A stretch of DNA of 64,000 bases from Balanoglossus misakiensis (GCA_040954595.2 CM082586.2:1617124-1681123), one strand, 5' to 3'. Positions 11,501 to 23,249 are shown, counted from the first letter of the stretch. The notes: generated by a model not told the origin, from the sequence alone. A program made the numbers and translations.

Positions 11501-14500
11501 TTTTCATGGGGAAACGCTCGGTTATAAATGGAACTACATTCACACCCATAGCGTTATTGAGTAAGGAATTTGCATGTTGAATTCTTGTGTTCTCTGCAAG
11601 TTAACGTTATCCGCATGTCTGTCATCACGAGCCTCGTGTATCCATTCCATGATAACGGCTGTATGCAGACTATGGCGGTTCAGTTGCATTCGCCACTAAC
11701 ATGCATCCTTTCACCTCTCACCTCGCCTACGTCACATCCTGTCATCCCCTCCACCTCGCAATTACACCAACAACTTATAGTTATCAAAATCGCAGATTGG
11801 GGAGGAGAAGGAGAACTTGCAAAATGCCATCGAGATGGAGAAGGATAATGCGGAGCACCAGCGGAAGATGGATACCAAGGCATGGAGGAGAGAGAAGACG
11901 GAACTGTATCAGCAGCTGGAGGATTTTAAACAGAAGACGGACGAACTGCACCGGAAGTTGCAGACTGAGCAGAGCAACTGGGCCAAAGAGGTGGGTTGGT
12001 GCGTGCAAGCGCGTAAAGTTGTGTGCGGGAATGTGCGTGCAGGTGATGACGTATCCCAGAGCTGCTGGTCCAAAGAGAGGCTCGGATGCGTGCGCACAAT
12101 CGGTAAAAAATGGCTGTAACATATATGGTAAGACGGAAAGCCTTTGATCATTTTTTGACATCTGTCACCTGGCTTGCAAATTGCACTGTGTACTTCTAAC
12201 CGGCACTTAATTGAGCGCGAAACCGTTCTCCCGCAGAGTTAAGGGATACCTCAGGGCTACTAGTACTGCATCAGTTCGCCTCATTAATTGCCCCAATGGT
12301 GTCAATAAAGGTTATACCAATTTAAAGAAACTATTTGCCTCTTGGGTAAAAAACGCAGAGGTTAGGTACTCTCGCATGGTCACTATGGCGATTATATTCT
12401 CCGCGGTCAATTTATAGGAATAGGTCACAAGTGATCTTGGACTACAGTAGGCCTAACGATCTAACGTTTAAAATTGGGTCATGTGGTATGCGAGGATGTT
12501 AGCGTTGGAAATTGCAGTCGGCGATTTTATACGGACGCTGTGACCTAAGATTGCCTAACTTCTCCATGATCTGCATTTTTCGCTGTATTCTGAAGGTCTC
12601 TATAATTTCAATTATGTCAAAAGGATTCTCATCACGCATTCATAATCGTCTGCGTTTTTTGTCCGCAAGGATATGCGTCTACCATCTCTGCTTCACTGTC
12701 TACCGGGAATCCACTCAGATTTTATTGCACGTTATCTGCAAATATGAGCTGGCGTTTGACCCGTGTGTACACTGACGCGGCTCGCTATATACATCCAACG
12801 AAGATTATCAGCATGAGTCAGACCACGCCCAAAATAAAACTTTTCTCCATGCCAGATCGTGAGCTAAACATTTGAGGGCGCTCATCACAGCAAAGATTGC
12901 CTTAGGGCCAATTATGAACTGGACGACAAAAAATAAAACCGTGTCCCTCCATTGATTCCAGGATTTCAGTAACAAAGGAGCCAAATCGGGAGACACCACC
13001 CCAACCTCACCGGACTGGTATACAGAGAAGGCCGAACTTGAACGTGTGCGACAAAAACTTGAGGCAGAAACTCAAAAACTAGAGAATGATTCGTCGAAGC
13101 ACCGAGCCAAAAGCGAAGAACTTCGAGCCAAAATGGAAGTGGTGAGTGGTCCCTTGTTTTTTGTACGTTGTTGATGTTGCTGTTGATGGGGATGGTGGTG
13201 GTCTATATTTCATCTTTTCTGTGTGCAAGATCCTCTGTTTCAGCTTGTTGTTTGAATATCACTGGACAAAATAAACTGGACCGTTTCTTCTTTCAGATGA
13301 CAGCGGAGAACGAGGAACTGAAGGCATCCCGCGATATCTTGACGGAGGAAAGGGCACTGCTGCACAGCAAACTCACCGAGACCCAGCAGGAGAAGTCCGC
13401 GCTCGAAGTGACCCTGAAAAAAGAGCGGTCGTCCTGGGATAAAGAGAAGGCGACGGCGAGATTCGAGATCGACAACGAGAGAAAGAGGCGAGAAAACGAA
13501 CTGAAGAAAGCCAAGGACGAGAACGACAGGTTGCGGAGGGAGAAATCGCAAAGTGATTTCGGTCACAAACATTATGAGGTGAAACTGAAGGAATTCGAAA
13601 GAAAGGCACTTGAACTTAATGAACTTTTGAAAAAAAAGGAGGAGGCATTCGCGAAAGACAAAGCCAGGATATCTGACGAATACGCCAAGAAGTTGCAGAG
13701 CGCCACCGCGAGGATAGAAAAGGAAAAAGACGAATTAAAATCTAACCATCAAGTACAGGAAACGGAAATGCAAACAAAACTGAAAGAACTGCAAAGCAAA
13801 GTCGAGGAACGTGAGAGCGAAAGTGCGAAGTTGAAAAGTAAGCTAAAGGACACTGAAGTTGACGAAAAGGATTTGCGAGGAAAAATACGCGAATTGGAGC
13901 AGAAATTGGCCCAGGAACAGACGACAGAAAAGACGACTGTTGCATTGACGGCACAAATTACTGAACTTGAGTCGTCAAAGAAAGAAACTGAAAAGTTGAC
14001 CAGGGAAAAGACGCAACTCCTGGCTAAACTTTCAAGCAACGAAGGCGAGTGGAAGAGAGAGAAAGAACAGCTCAAAGAAGCCATGGAAAAGTTGAAGAGT
14101 AGCCTAAAAGCGCGAGAGGAGTCGTGGGTTACTGAGCGAAACGAGCTGGACCAACAAAGGAAACAAGCAGAGGGCGCCCTTAGAGAGAAAGAGGCCAAGT
14201 GGGTGGCTGAGAATTCCGCGCTCAATCATGACGTGAAACAGCTGAAAATGGACTTACAGGAGCGCGAGGCATCATGGGAAAGGGAGCGTAAGGACTTACA
14301 GAAGAATCTTAACGAGAAAGCCACCAGTGGTGAACGGTCGTCTGCCGAAGAAAATGAGCTGAAAGCGGAGTTCGGGAAACTGCAAGACCAGGTTAGTGTA
14401 AACATGTTTATATTGTCCGCGTGCCTGACGACCATCTTCAATATCTGCAGGTTGTTCGGATTTCAGTCTCTCTCACTTGTCTTCGAGAAGGCAAATCTCG

Positions 14501-17500
14501 AGACAGGGAAATGTTGATTCAAAATAGGTGATTATTATATGTTCACGTGCAAGTTTCCACTTTGTAAATCTTTGAGTCGGATGGCTGAACTCGACATGTA
14601 GTCCAGCCGTAGTCTATCAACCAATTCTTGACGGACTTGTCTCATAGAGGCACGATAACTCCTCACGCACATCGCTTGATGCGATAACTGACATGAGACA
14701 TGGGCCTGGAATGTTTTTCTTGGATTTAAATCGAGCATCATAATTTTTCTCTCCTGGGTCGACGCTGAAAAAAACTAACCCCTAAGCCTTGTTGAATATT
14801 TTCAGAATAGCTTCCCTAAGTCTTAGTAAACTACATCAACTCTGGTGGAATTTTAATGATAACACAATTTCAGGCGCAGTAATATGATAAGTCGCGCGTG
14901 TACAGTGCAAATAGTGAGTGAACAACACTTTTAGTCAATTCAAACACAAAATCTCCAGTAAGTGACATAGAACTATGAAATACTTAAACGACCAAGTACT
15001 GGACCACACTAGAAAACTATTTTTACTTGTTGATATTATAAATTAGAATTGGAATTTTTCTTAGTATATGTTAGAAACAGGTTGTAAAGGTTATTTTGTA
15101 AACCCTGACCTAGCCGGCCGCAAGAAAACTCACGGCACGCACAGACAGTCGTATATCGAATCTATATCTCGTTAACCGCGTGTGTTTGTTGTAATTACAG
15201 CTGAAGCTCCAAGTAGCGGAACTGGCCACGGCGCAAGAACGGCTCCGGGTTGCCGAAGATGCGCTAGAGGAGAACGAACACGCATGGAAGAGAGAAAAAA
15301 GTAAACTCTCGCAGCAGACACAAGTCAGGGAGAAACTCCACAAGGGCGAGATCAGCGCGTTGCAGTTTCGACTAGAGGCGGAGGCACGCTCCGGTCGGGA
15401 GGTCAAGAGTCGACTGGAGAGCCGCGCGCGCAACGAAATGAAAGAAAAAGACCGACAGAAGCAGATCACAGCTGATGTGCAGAGTGAGTTGTCGACGGTC
15501 AAAGCCCAGTTCGACAACGAGAGGAAAGCATGGGAGAAAGAGAAAGTACATCTTCAGAAACAGGCCACTGAGGTAAGCTGAAAGATACACACCATCCATT
15601 GTCAAGAAAACCATTGTGCACGATACCACCATAGACAATCTACGTCTATGATACCACAGAATACTTATATATATATGCAAGTCGCAATTGCAACGTTTGT
15701 TCCAGACGCCAATGTCGGAACAAAACAACAGTATTAACAGTATTGTGTGGTTGGCCATAATGGGTGCCCTCGGGGTCATCAGAGAGGAATTCTGGCCGAC
15801 TGGACCCTCGGGCAGTGTTCACATTTAGGCATCTGAGTCTTTTCACTTTGAAACCTGATTGTGCTGGATGGCCCCTCTCCCTCAGGCTGGCTGTCACTCA
15901 CGACCTCTGACCCAGTTCCGATAAATTCAATTTTACGGTCTCGTCGTCGTCGTCGTCATCCCCGGGGCTTCCATTATTGGCTTTCCCCCGTCAAATCTGG
16001 TCATGTATGCGGCATGCTACGATGAATGAGACCTACGTCGGAGATGTGACTCCGTGTGGCCGTCAATTTCAACGGGAGACCGCTTCAAATTATACCGGGT
16101 CGTGATCCCAATAGCATCTATGCGCAGCCAAAAGGGTCACCCAAAGCTGTCATAGATAGACTCCAGAAAAAATAAACTAGAGTTTGAGAGGAGAAATACC
16201 ACAACAGCTGTCATATTTATCGTCGCCCTGCGTGCTTTAGGTCACAACAACACATTATCACATTTTCTGTTTACACGCTTAAAAATTTAACAGCGTGGTG
16301 AAATATCTCACATTTTCTGGTGATTTGTGTTTGCAGGCAAAGGAGGGTAAACGGCTGTTGTCGGAACTGCGTCGAAATGTAGATTCTCTGCAGCAAAAAT
16401 TGGCCGTGGAAGAGAAGCTTCGGGGCCAGACTCAGAATGCCTACGTCACTGAGAAGTCTAGTTGGGAGATTGAACGGTCGGAAATGCAGGTCAGACTCGC
16501 TCGGGTAGGTCCAGTTTTTTTTCTCTTCAAATTCTGTAGTAATCATCATCATCATCACCACCACCACCATCACCACCGCCACCACCACCATCATCATCAT
16601 TTACCGGTAAAGACTCTGTGAATACTTACACCATGTACATGTATTGTCGTTTGCAGTTTGAACATCACGTGAAAGGATCATCGAAGAAAAGCAAAGAGAA
16701 GGCCGAGGAACAGATCGCCAGGCTCAAGGAATCATGGGAACGGGAACGACATGAGCACAAACGACTTCTGGCGGAATCGCACGCCAAGAACTTGGACCTG
16801 CAGAGACAGGTGGAATCAATGGAGAGGACCCTTCAGAGCGAGAGGCGGGACTTCGAGACCAAGATGACGTCAGAACGCAAGGATTGGCACGACGAAAAGG
16901 CGCAGCTAGTGAGCAGGATTAAAGAGGTTGGTTGTTTTGTTTGTTTGGTTTGGTTTGGTTTGGTTTTATTCGGCTACTTTGTTATCTATATCGTAGCAGT
17001 GTTTTTTCTCGAGCTGCAAAATGTTGACACTAAACGTAAGAGTCAATTCAGACCCTTTTCAACTGAAGCTGTCATTCTATGATAAATAGCACGCTAAGTG
17101 GCCTACTTTACAAGCAAGTGATGGCTTCTCGAAACTTCCAAGGGCATGGAGCTTAGACAGGAGTGTCATGGCCCGTCATTTGTTGTAGTTTCACCTACAC
17201 CAAAGCAGTCAATCTCTTATATCTATCTACCGCCGGGGAGACGTGTGGAGTTACCAGATACACGGGTTTTTAATAGATTTTATTTTTTCTGGAGCCCACA
17301 CAAGTGAAGGGCGACAGTGAGCCCTCTCGGTCAAGGGTCACGTTGTGCTGTGTGGCCCCCTTTCAGTGGATAAACCTCAATACATGGGAGGAAACCCTAC
17401 TCCACTGCAAGTCATGTCCCGGGGTCGTTTAATCATTCACCACCAGAACGAATCAGATTGTTAACATCTCGACTAACACTTTTAGGGCTGTTTATTATAA

Positions 17501-20500
17501 TGCATTATCGCTTAGGATGGTTTATACCAAAGATAATTTGAAACCCTATTCAATTTTGAGAGTGCCTCTCAGTACCAGCTACATCATGAGTAGAGCGCCC
17601 TCGTTACTTACTGGTGATTATTACGTTGTTTTTGTCTCGCCAAGGTGGAAGCAGAGAACCAACTCCTGAGGGAATGGGAAACGAGAACGAAAGAAGAACA
17701 GGCGAGACGTCAACGAGATCAAAACGCGTGGAAGGCAGAGAGGGAAGAATACCACAAGAAGTTGGAAGAGACGGAGAAAGCTAATGCCCTGGACAAGACA
17801 AAAATGGACGAGATTATAGTAGAAGTAAGCTCTGGTTTTCTCCCTTAACAGCGAATGACACAAATCTCAGCCATATAAACAAAGTACATGTATAAGGAAA
17901 TTATGGTAACGATGTTTTTGACGAAACGCCACTGTATCAACTCCTTCATGCATTTTCCTCCTTCATTATGCAGATGGAAAAACTGAAGGACATCGCGAAG
18001 ACATTTGACCAAGTGGACACGGATTACACACCAAAATTCACTGACAGCAGAACTAGAAGGGAAACTCCACAAAGAGACACAGACGAACAAAAGACGCCGA
18101 CGATTCAGACACCACTGTCCTCCGTTGCCAAGGGAACAAACCTCGAGGTAGGCCTTTGAATATTACCCAGACACTTGGAGTGTGTTTAACCGAAAATGGC
18201 CAACGTGAACACGTTTTTTCATGCACAGTCGGTGAAGTTCTGTCTTCATGTCTATTAGAGTATTCAAAGTAATTTTAACACGTTCATAAATGTTCATTTT
18301 TCTCGTTTGTAAGTTTGTTTCGTTCTTGCACGTTGCCATGGTGTCGATTTTCTCCACAGACTCCACAGTTCGAAACAATGACCTTTGACCCAACGAGCTC
18401 GACTCAAATCACGCAGTTCGAGCAGGTGAAAGTCACCACCACGCTGCCAGTGTACGCTGCGCACGCGCATAATTATCTAACAGGAGGTGACAGGATAACT
18501 TGGGATGTCGGCGACGAAAGCACAGATCACGAAGTAGATGCGACACTTGCCGAGGTTCGACAAAATAAAAAACAGCCTGCATATCTTGTTACTTACTACT
18601 TTGCTTATTACTAATCTGAATACTAATCACCTCTTTTTTTGTATCTATAAGCAAGGCTATAACAGCACGCTTTCAGTGTTTATCAACTTTTTTTCCAGAG
18701 AATCTATGATTCATAATTGGGGCTATGAAAGTCACTGGTAGATTTTCAGAAACGAATTCTGGGATGAATTATCAGATTCTATGTTGCAGTGACCTTCACT
18801 ATTTGAAATGATTTGTGTGACAATGCTGATCTGCGAGGTGACGAGTCTTCTACAAAAATGACCAAAGTGTAAATGAACTTACCAACGTAATACGTCATGA
18901 AGGAGTGTGGGCGCTTGCGTCCGTCCGCTGGAGTTCTTTCGTTTGGTAGTCGACGATTGTCCGGCTAGTGGTTGCACAGCCTTGCTGGTTGTGATAGTAA
19001 GCTTGTTAAACACAACACAAACAGAGTCATTCCACCTCTGGTCAAACACGACGCACATGCTCCACACTAACGAAGATTGTTTGATATGATCTGGTTTGGT
19101 TCTCGCTTTACTAACCCCTCTTAACTCTAATTTCTTGCATGCTTTCACTCTGGTAGGATAACAGCGAAGACAGGTACGTCCCTCACAATTTTCCATTTGT
19201 GATATTTTGACAACATTTTTAGGCTCTGAAAGAGATCGAGAAAGTGACCGATGAGTTAGCGCAGTATCAAGCTGAACTATCCATGACAGACAGAAACATG
19301 AATCTGAGAAGGTAGACGCTTTTTTATCTTCTTGCAAAATCCAACTTTGCTGCAACTGCGCATGTCGTGCTGATCACGTGCCACGCTGCCACACTGCCAA
19401 GAGCTTCTCATCAAATCTGCTGGGATCTGGCATTTAACTTGTATTTTCTGTGCAGTGATGCAATTCAAATATTAACCATGCTTTGTGATTTGCGTTCCCT
19501 AGATCCAAATCACACCCCGATGTATCCCCCCAGGATGACGCGATCAAGCAGGCCAAGACGCCACTCTATCAATCTTCTAGTCTGTCGAGAAGCGTGGCTC
19601 CAGCCAAGGCAGGCCGGAGTACCAGGGAGAGGCCGTCCCTTCCGCTGACGGAGACGACCGCTGCCCGTGTCATCGACACGAAGCCCGTCGCCAGCGGCAG
19701 AAAAGTCGACGGGTCTCCCGGAGCGGGGCGAACCGAACAAGCACACGCCAGCAGCCCCGTTAGCCCAAGTACTGTTGTGTCTGAAAAGCTGGCGCATACC
19801 AGTATAAGTCACAGTACGCAGGTACCTAAAGTGACGTCAAGCGTTGCCACAGGTGATGTGTCGCCCGTGACAGACCAAAAACTGGGAGAGACGACGCCGA
19901 CGACAGACGACAGAGGGAGGACTTCCCCGCCTTCGAAGTTGGTCGCCGATCCCGTCGTCGGAAGATCCCGCCACTTTGATTTTCGGGGACTGTTGCGACC
20001 GACTGAAAAGAAGAAGCCTCTGTTGCCATGGATGCAGGAGGATGGCAAAGCGACAGGCGACGGCCAACGGGACCAGGAATCGGCTCGAGAGAGCAGGGTG
20101 ATGTCCGCGAAAAAGATGTTCGAGAACGGCGCCACTCGTTCAAGAGAAGCCAGTCCTGCTCCGGGCAGACTTACGTCACCGATGACCGAAAATCCCAGAC
20201 ATGAAATCACCAAACCGGCAACTGCTACTGAGAGCAAGGAATCCGTGACGCGGCGCTCTCCCAAAGCAGAAGAAAAGATTGCGAAGACGCCGACACAGCC
20301 TGTGGAAACGTCAACAGCGAGAACTTACAAGGCGGTCGAAGAGAAATCGCCCTCTCCAGGCACGCCGTCGTCGCCCAACAGGCAGATGGAGAGTCCAACT
20401 GCACTACACGGGAAGCCGCCCGTCGCTGTGAGACCAGAATCCGTGAAGAAGCCTCCAGAAAAGACGTCCCCAAAGACACAAGACGCAGACCGTAAAGGGA

Positions 20501-23249
20501 CCACGTATTCGGTCACACCACCAAAGGTTCTGTATCTAAAGCGCGGACAAGACCCCACGTCGGACAGACAGACATCACCCAGCGATCGAGAACTTGCCAA
20601 GATGGGTTACAGTCCGAATGGCTCGCGCACCCCGACACCACCGATCAGAGACGGACAATTCATCCCGGAAAAGCTCTCCCCAGAACCACTTGTGCCTATC
20701 ATACCAGGAAATCTGACTAGGACCAAAAACAGGATGCAGCACCAAGAGGCCGTGTGGCAGCAACAGCATTCACATTCTCCTCAGCTACAACCGCCCAACC
20801 GTGAGCGCGGACAGGCGAACGGGACTTCCCCTCCCTCGCCTCGCACAGCCAGAGCGAAGTTCTTCGCCGAGAGTCACGAGGCTCCGCCGAGGCCGGACCG
20901 ATTCGACCGCAGTCTCCGAAGCAGAAGCCTGAGCCCTCCTGGTTTCCGACTATCTGGGGAACCCTTGAAATTTTCCCTGCCACCGGCCGTGCCGCCGAGT
21001 TCAGTAAAGCCCCAGAAATCTTTCGAGGATAAAACAACAGTCAGGGACAGGTCTCCAAGTCCGTCTAATATGCAACAAGTTCCTTCACGGTCGACTTCCG
21101 GGCATCAGCCAAGAACCGGAAGCCAACAGCAGGACAAAGATTCTCCGCCAAAGGAGCAGGTAACAGCTACAGCAGCGCCACCGGCGACTGTACAGGGGAA
21201 ATCATCAGCAGACAGTCGTGCATCACCGAAAATGGGGGCGAAAAGTGTCCAATCGCAGGACCATCGCTCGGGGAAGAAGACACCCTCCGACAGCAAGCAT
21301 GCGCAGAAAGCAACAAAGACGACCAAAAAGAGTTCAGTATTCGGCAGTGGCGGTAAATCGGGAAGTGGTAGTAGTTCCTCGGACAATGCATTTTCACAGG
21401 TGAGCTCCCAGAAATCTTCAGAACTTGTCAAACTCTACATATTTGTTTCTGTTTTGCTACTGCAATCACACGAATCGAATCGTTCGAATTCAAAATCTCT
21501 CGACCACTTGTTAAGATGAGGTCATGTCTAACAATTGCATGACGTAACGAAACTCCCGACCTTTCTCATCTTATTTTCTGACGTCATTTCTTGACCCTGC
21601 ATGATGTCATCCAAAATGCCTAATTGCAACTAACGTTATCGTCGTCTGTATTAGTCAAATACAAAAGCCTTGCAGTCATTTTTCAAACACTGCCTGACTT
21701 GTGGATGGCGCAAGTAACAAATGCCCGGATGTTATCAAAAGTAAAATAAAATTGCTTGGTGTTTGCCAAACCATGTCACAAGTGACTATTTTAAAATGAT
21801 ATTTTGTATACGTACCTGTGAAGTCACAAACTCTGCCAAACTGGAGAGAGTGTACCTGTAGAAAACAGAGAAAAGAGAAACAATTTAGGTAGTGCTTGTA
21901 ATATGGCTGCAGTATGGCTGATGTGTATGTAAGCGTCTCCAACTGTATCTTGGTTTTGAAGAATTAAATTGTGTATGACATCAGGCACGGAGAGATGTCT
22001 CTGATACTTTCAAATCAATTACAAATACAATTTTATCCAATTCGACGACTATCTGAATTTCTCAACTGTCTCGACACATACTGCCCGCAACAGCTTAATT
22101 CCCTTCTTTTCCAGGAGAATCATTGTTATAGTAACGACCTGTCTTTGACTTTCTAGGAACCCCGAGAATGTGACGCGTGGAATATACTGGCACATAGATG
22201 AAGTTTTAGGTTTTCGTGTTACATGTCGTCTGCCCTATGTGGGTCTGTCTTCATCTTTGTTCGTATACCATGTCCATATTTGGGCATGAACGCCTCGCTA
22301 TTCATTTACTAACGCTCATTTTATATTCTCTCTCGTTTTCGACTCTTTCTTTATTCTTTCTTTTTTATTATTATTATAATTTCGTTCTTTTTTATATTAC
22401 CTCCATTAATTAAATGCCTGTGTTGTAACTCACGTGGTCTGGTGCGCCCCCTATTGACACGACGCGTCCGTTGTCACAAAAAATGGTGTAACGAACGGTT
22501 GACTTCCTGGTGTATACTTGCCCGGTAACACTTAACTCCAATTTTTAATCTACTAGAAGAAGACTAAGCGTAAACAGTAATGTGTGTAGTTCTAAAAGGC
22601 GTGCATGGTGTGTGGACTGTAAACTTCTAACTGCCGTCTCTCTTTCTCCCTTCTCCCGCCTTCCAATGCAATATTCTTTGGTTTCATAAAACTGCACTCT
22701 TTCGAATTTCGTTGCTGTCTATCATTTGCTTTTTGAACATTTATTTACGTAACTATAATTGCTCGTGGTATTGGTTTATATCGTGGAATGGTTATGCGTT
22801 TTACTTTAATTTGTTTGTGGTCGGGCCTTGACCGTTACACCTTGCAAAATGATGCCAAATTTACACCCCTCTGGATTTGTTTGGTTTCTTTTGGTTCGGA
22901 ATTTTTCAGGCACCGTCCTTTTCTGTTCTTTTCGTTGTTGGTTTGATTTTGCACTTCCTCTATTTTTATTTCCCCACTTTGTTTTGAACACTTTTCCGTT
23001 CCCTGGTTGAGTTAGATCACTGCAGGTGTCGTTCCGTTGGTGGCACTGCGCTTCCCCAAGCCGCCGAAACCTGCCAACAGACGAGCGCCCTCCAGGTGGC
23101 TGCACCGACGACTGCAGCAACAGACTTTGCATATTATGAACGGCCAAATGTTCGAGCGGGAAACGCGCAGATCGTACAGTATGGAGGACCACTCGTCGAT
23201 GAAAGGAGCTTTGGAAATCTTAAGGCGGTTCTGTGAAACTGCCGTTTGA
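2558..23249 (+). CDS. SOGA/MTCL-family (microtubule cross-linking factor-like) coiled-coil protein, 5'-incomplete, 18 exons modelled
   Basis: Exons with AG/GT ends and consistent phases: 2558-2626, 3039-3438, 3598-4188, 10002-10270, 10416-10589, 11103-11228, 11781(or 11796)-11990, 12962-13141, 13297-14391, 15201-15572, 16337-16504, 16657-16926, 17645-17824, 17974-18147, 18360-18554, 19157-19173, 19503-21399, 23016-23249 (sum 6621 nt = 2207 codons incl. stop). Motifs DLQHQLQLVEEEANVMRRKL..LEKYK..FG and ELRLQL..EQEATVMHRKISELE resemble the SOGA repeats of vertebrate SOGA1/SOGA3/MTCL1 (recognised from memory). Long E/K-rich coiled coil, then S/P/T-rich disordered tail. The last-exon choice is the least certain part. 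Confidence 0.85.
6381..6583. repeat. Inverted repeat pair (22/23 nt) about 160 nt apart; MITE remnant or RNA stem
   Basis: CGTGACCCCCTAACTCCGTATT (6381-6402) vs AATACGGAGTTAGGGGGTCCACG (6561-6583), complementary with one gap; no clear TSD. Confidence 0.7.
7045..7099 (+). other. Candidate alternative exon carrying an in-frame ATG
   Basis: TACTAAC (7017-7023) + pure pyrimidine tract + GCAG acceptor; ends AAAATGGCAG|gttgaa, phase 1, in frame with exon 10002. Confidence 0.45.
16543..16600 (+). repeat. (CAT/CAC)n microsatellite in intron
   Basis: Read directly; lies between donor 16505 and acceptor 16656, so the poly-His ORF is not coding. Confidence 0.9.
19157..19173 (+). CDS. 17-nt phase 0-to-2 microexon (DNSEDR) of the SOGA/MTCL gene
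   Basis: TACTAAC 19109-19115, TGCATG 19136-19141, tag|GATAACAGCGAAGACAG|gtacgt; supplies exactly the phase needed to join exon 18360-18554 (phase 0) to exon 19503 (phase 2). Confidence 0.8.

Noticed and set aside
13240-14225. Long antisense ORFs over coiled-coil exons (also 19809-21431, 34964-35442)
   Set aside because: Shadow ORFs produced by codon bias of the real coding strand.
16161-17294. 16-nt inverted match CTCCAGAAAAAATAAA / TTTATTTTTTCTGGAG flanking two SOGA exons
   Set aside because: Low-complexity, A-rich, weak pairing over 1.1 kb, no TSD.
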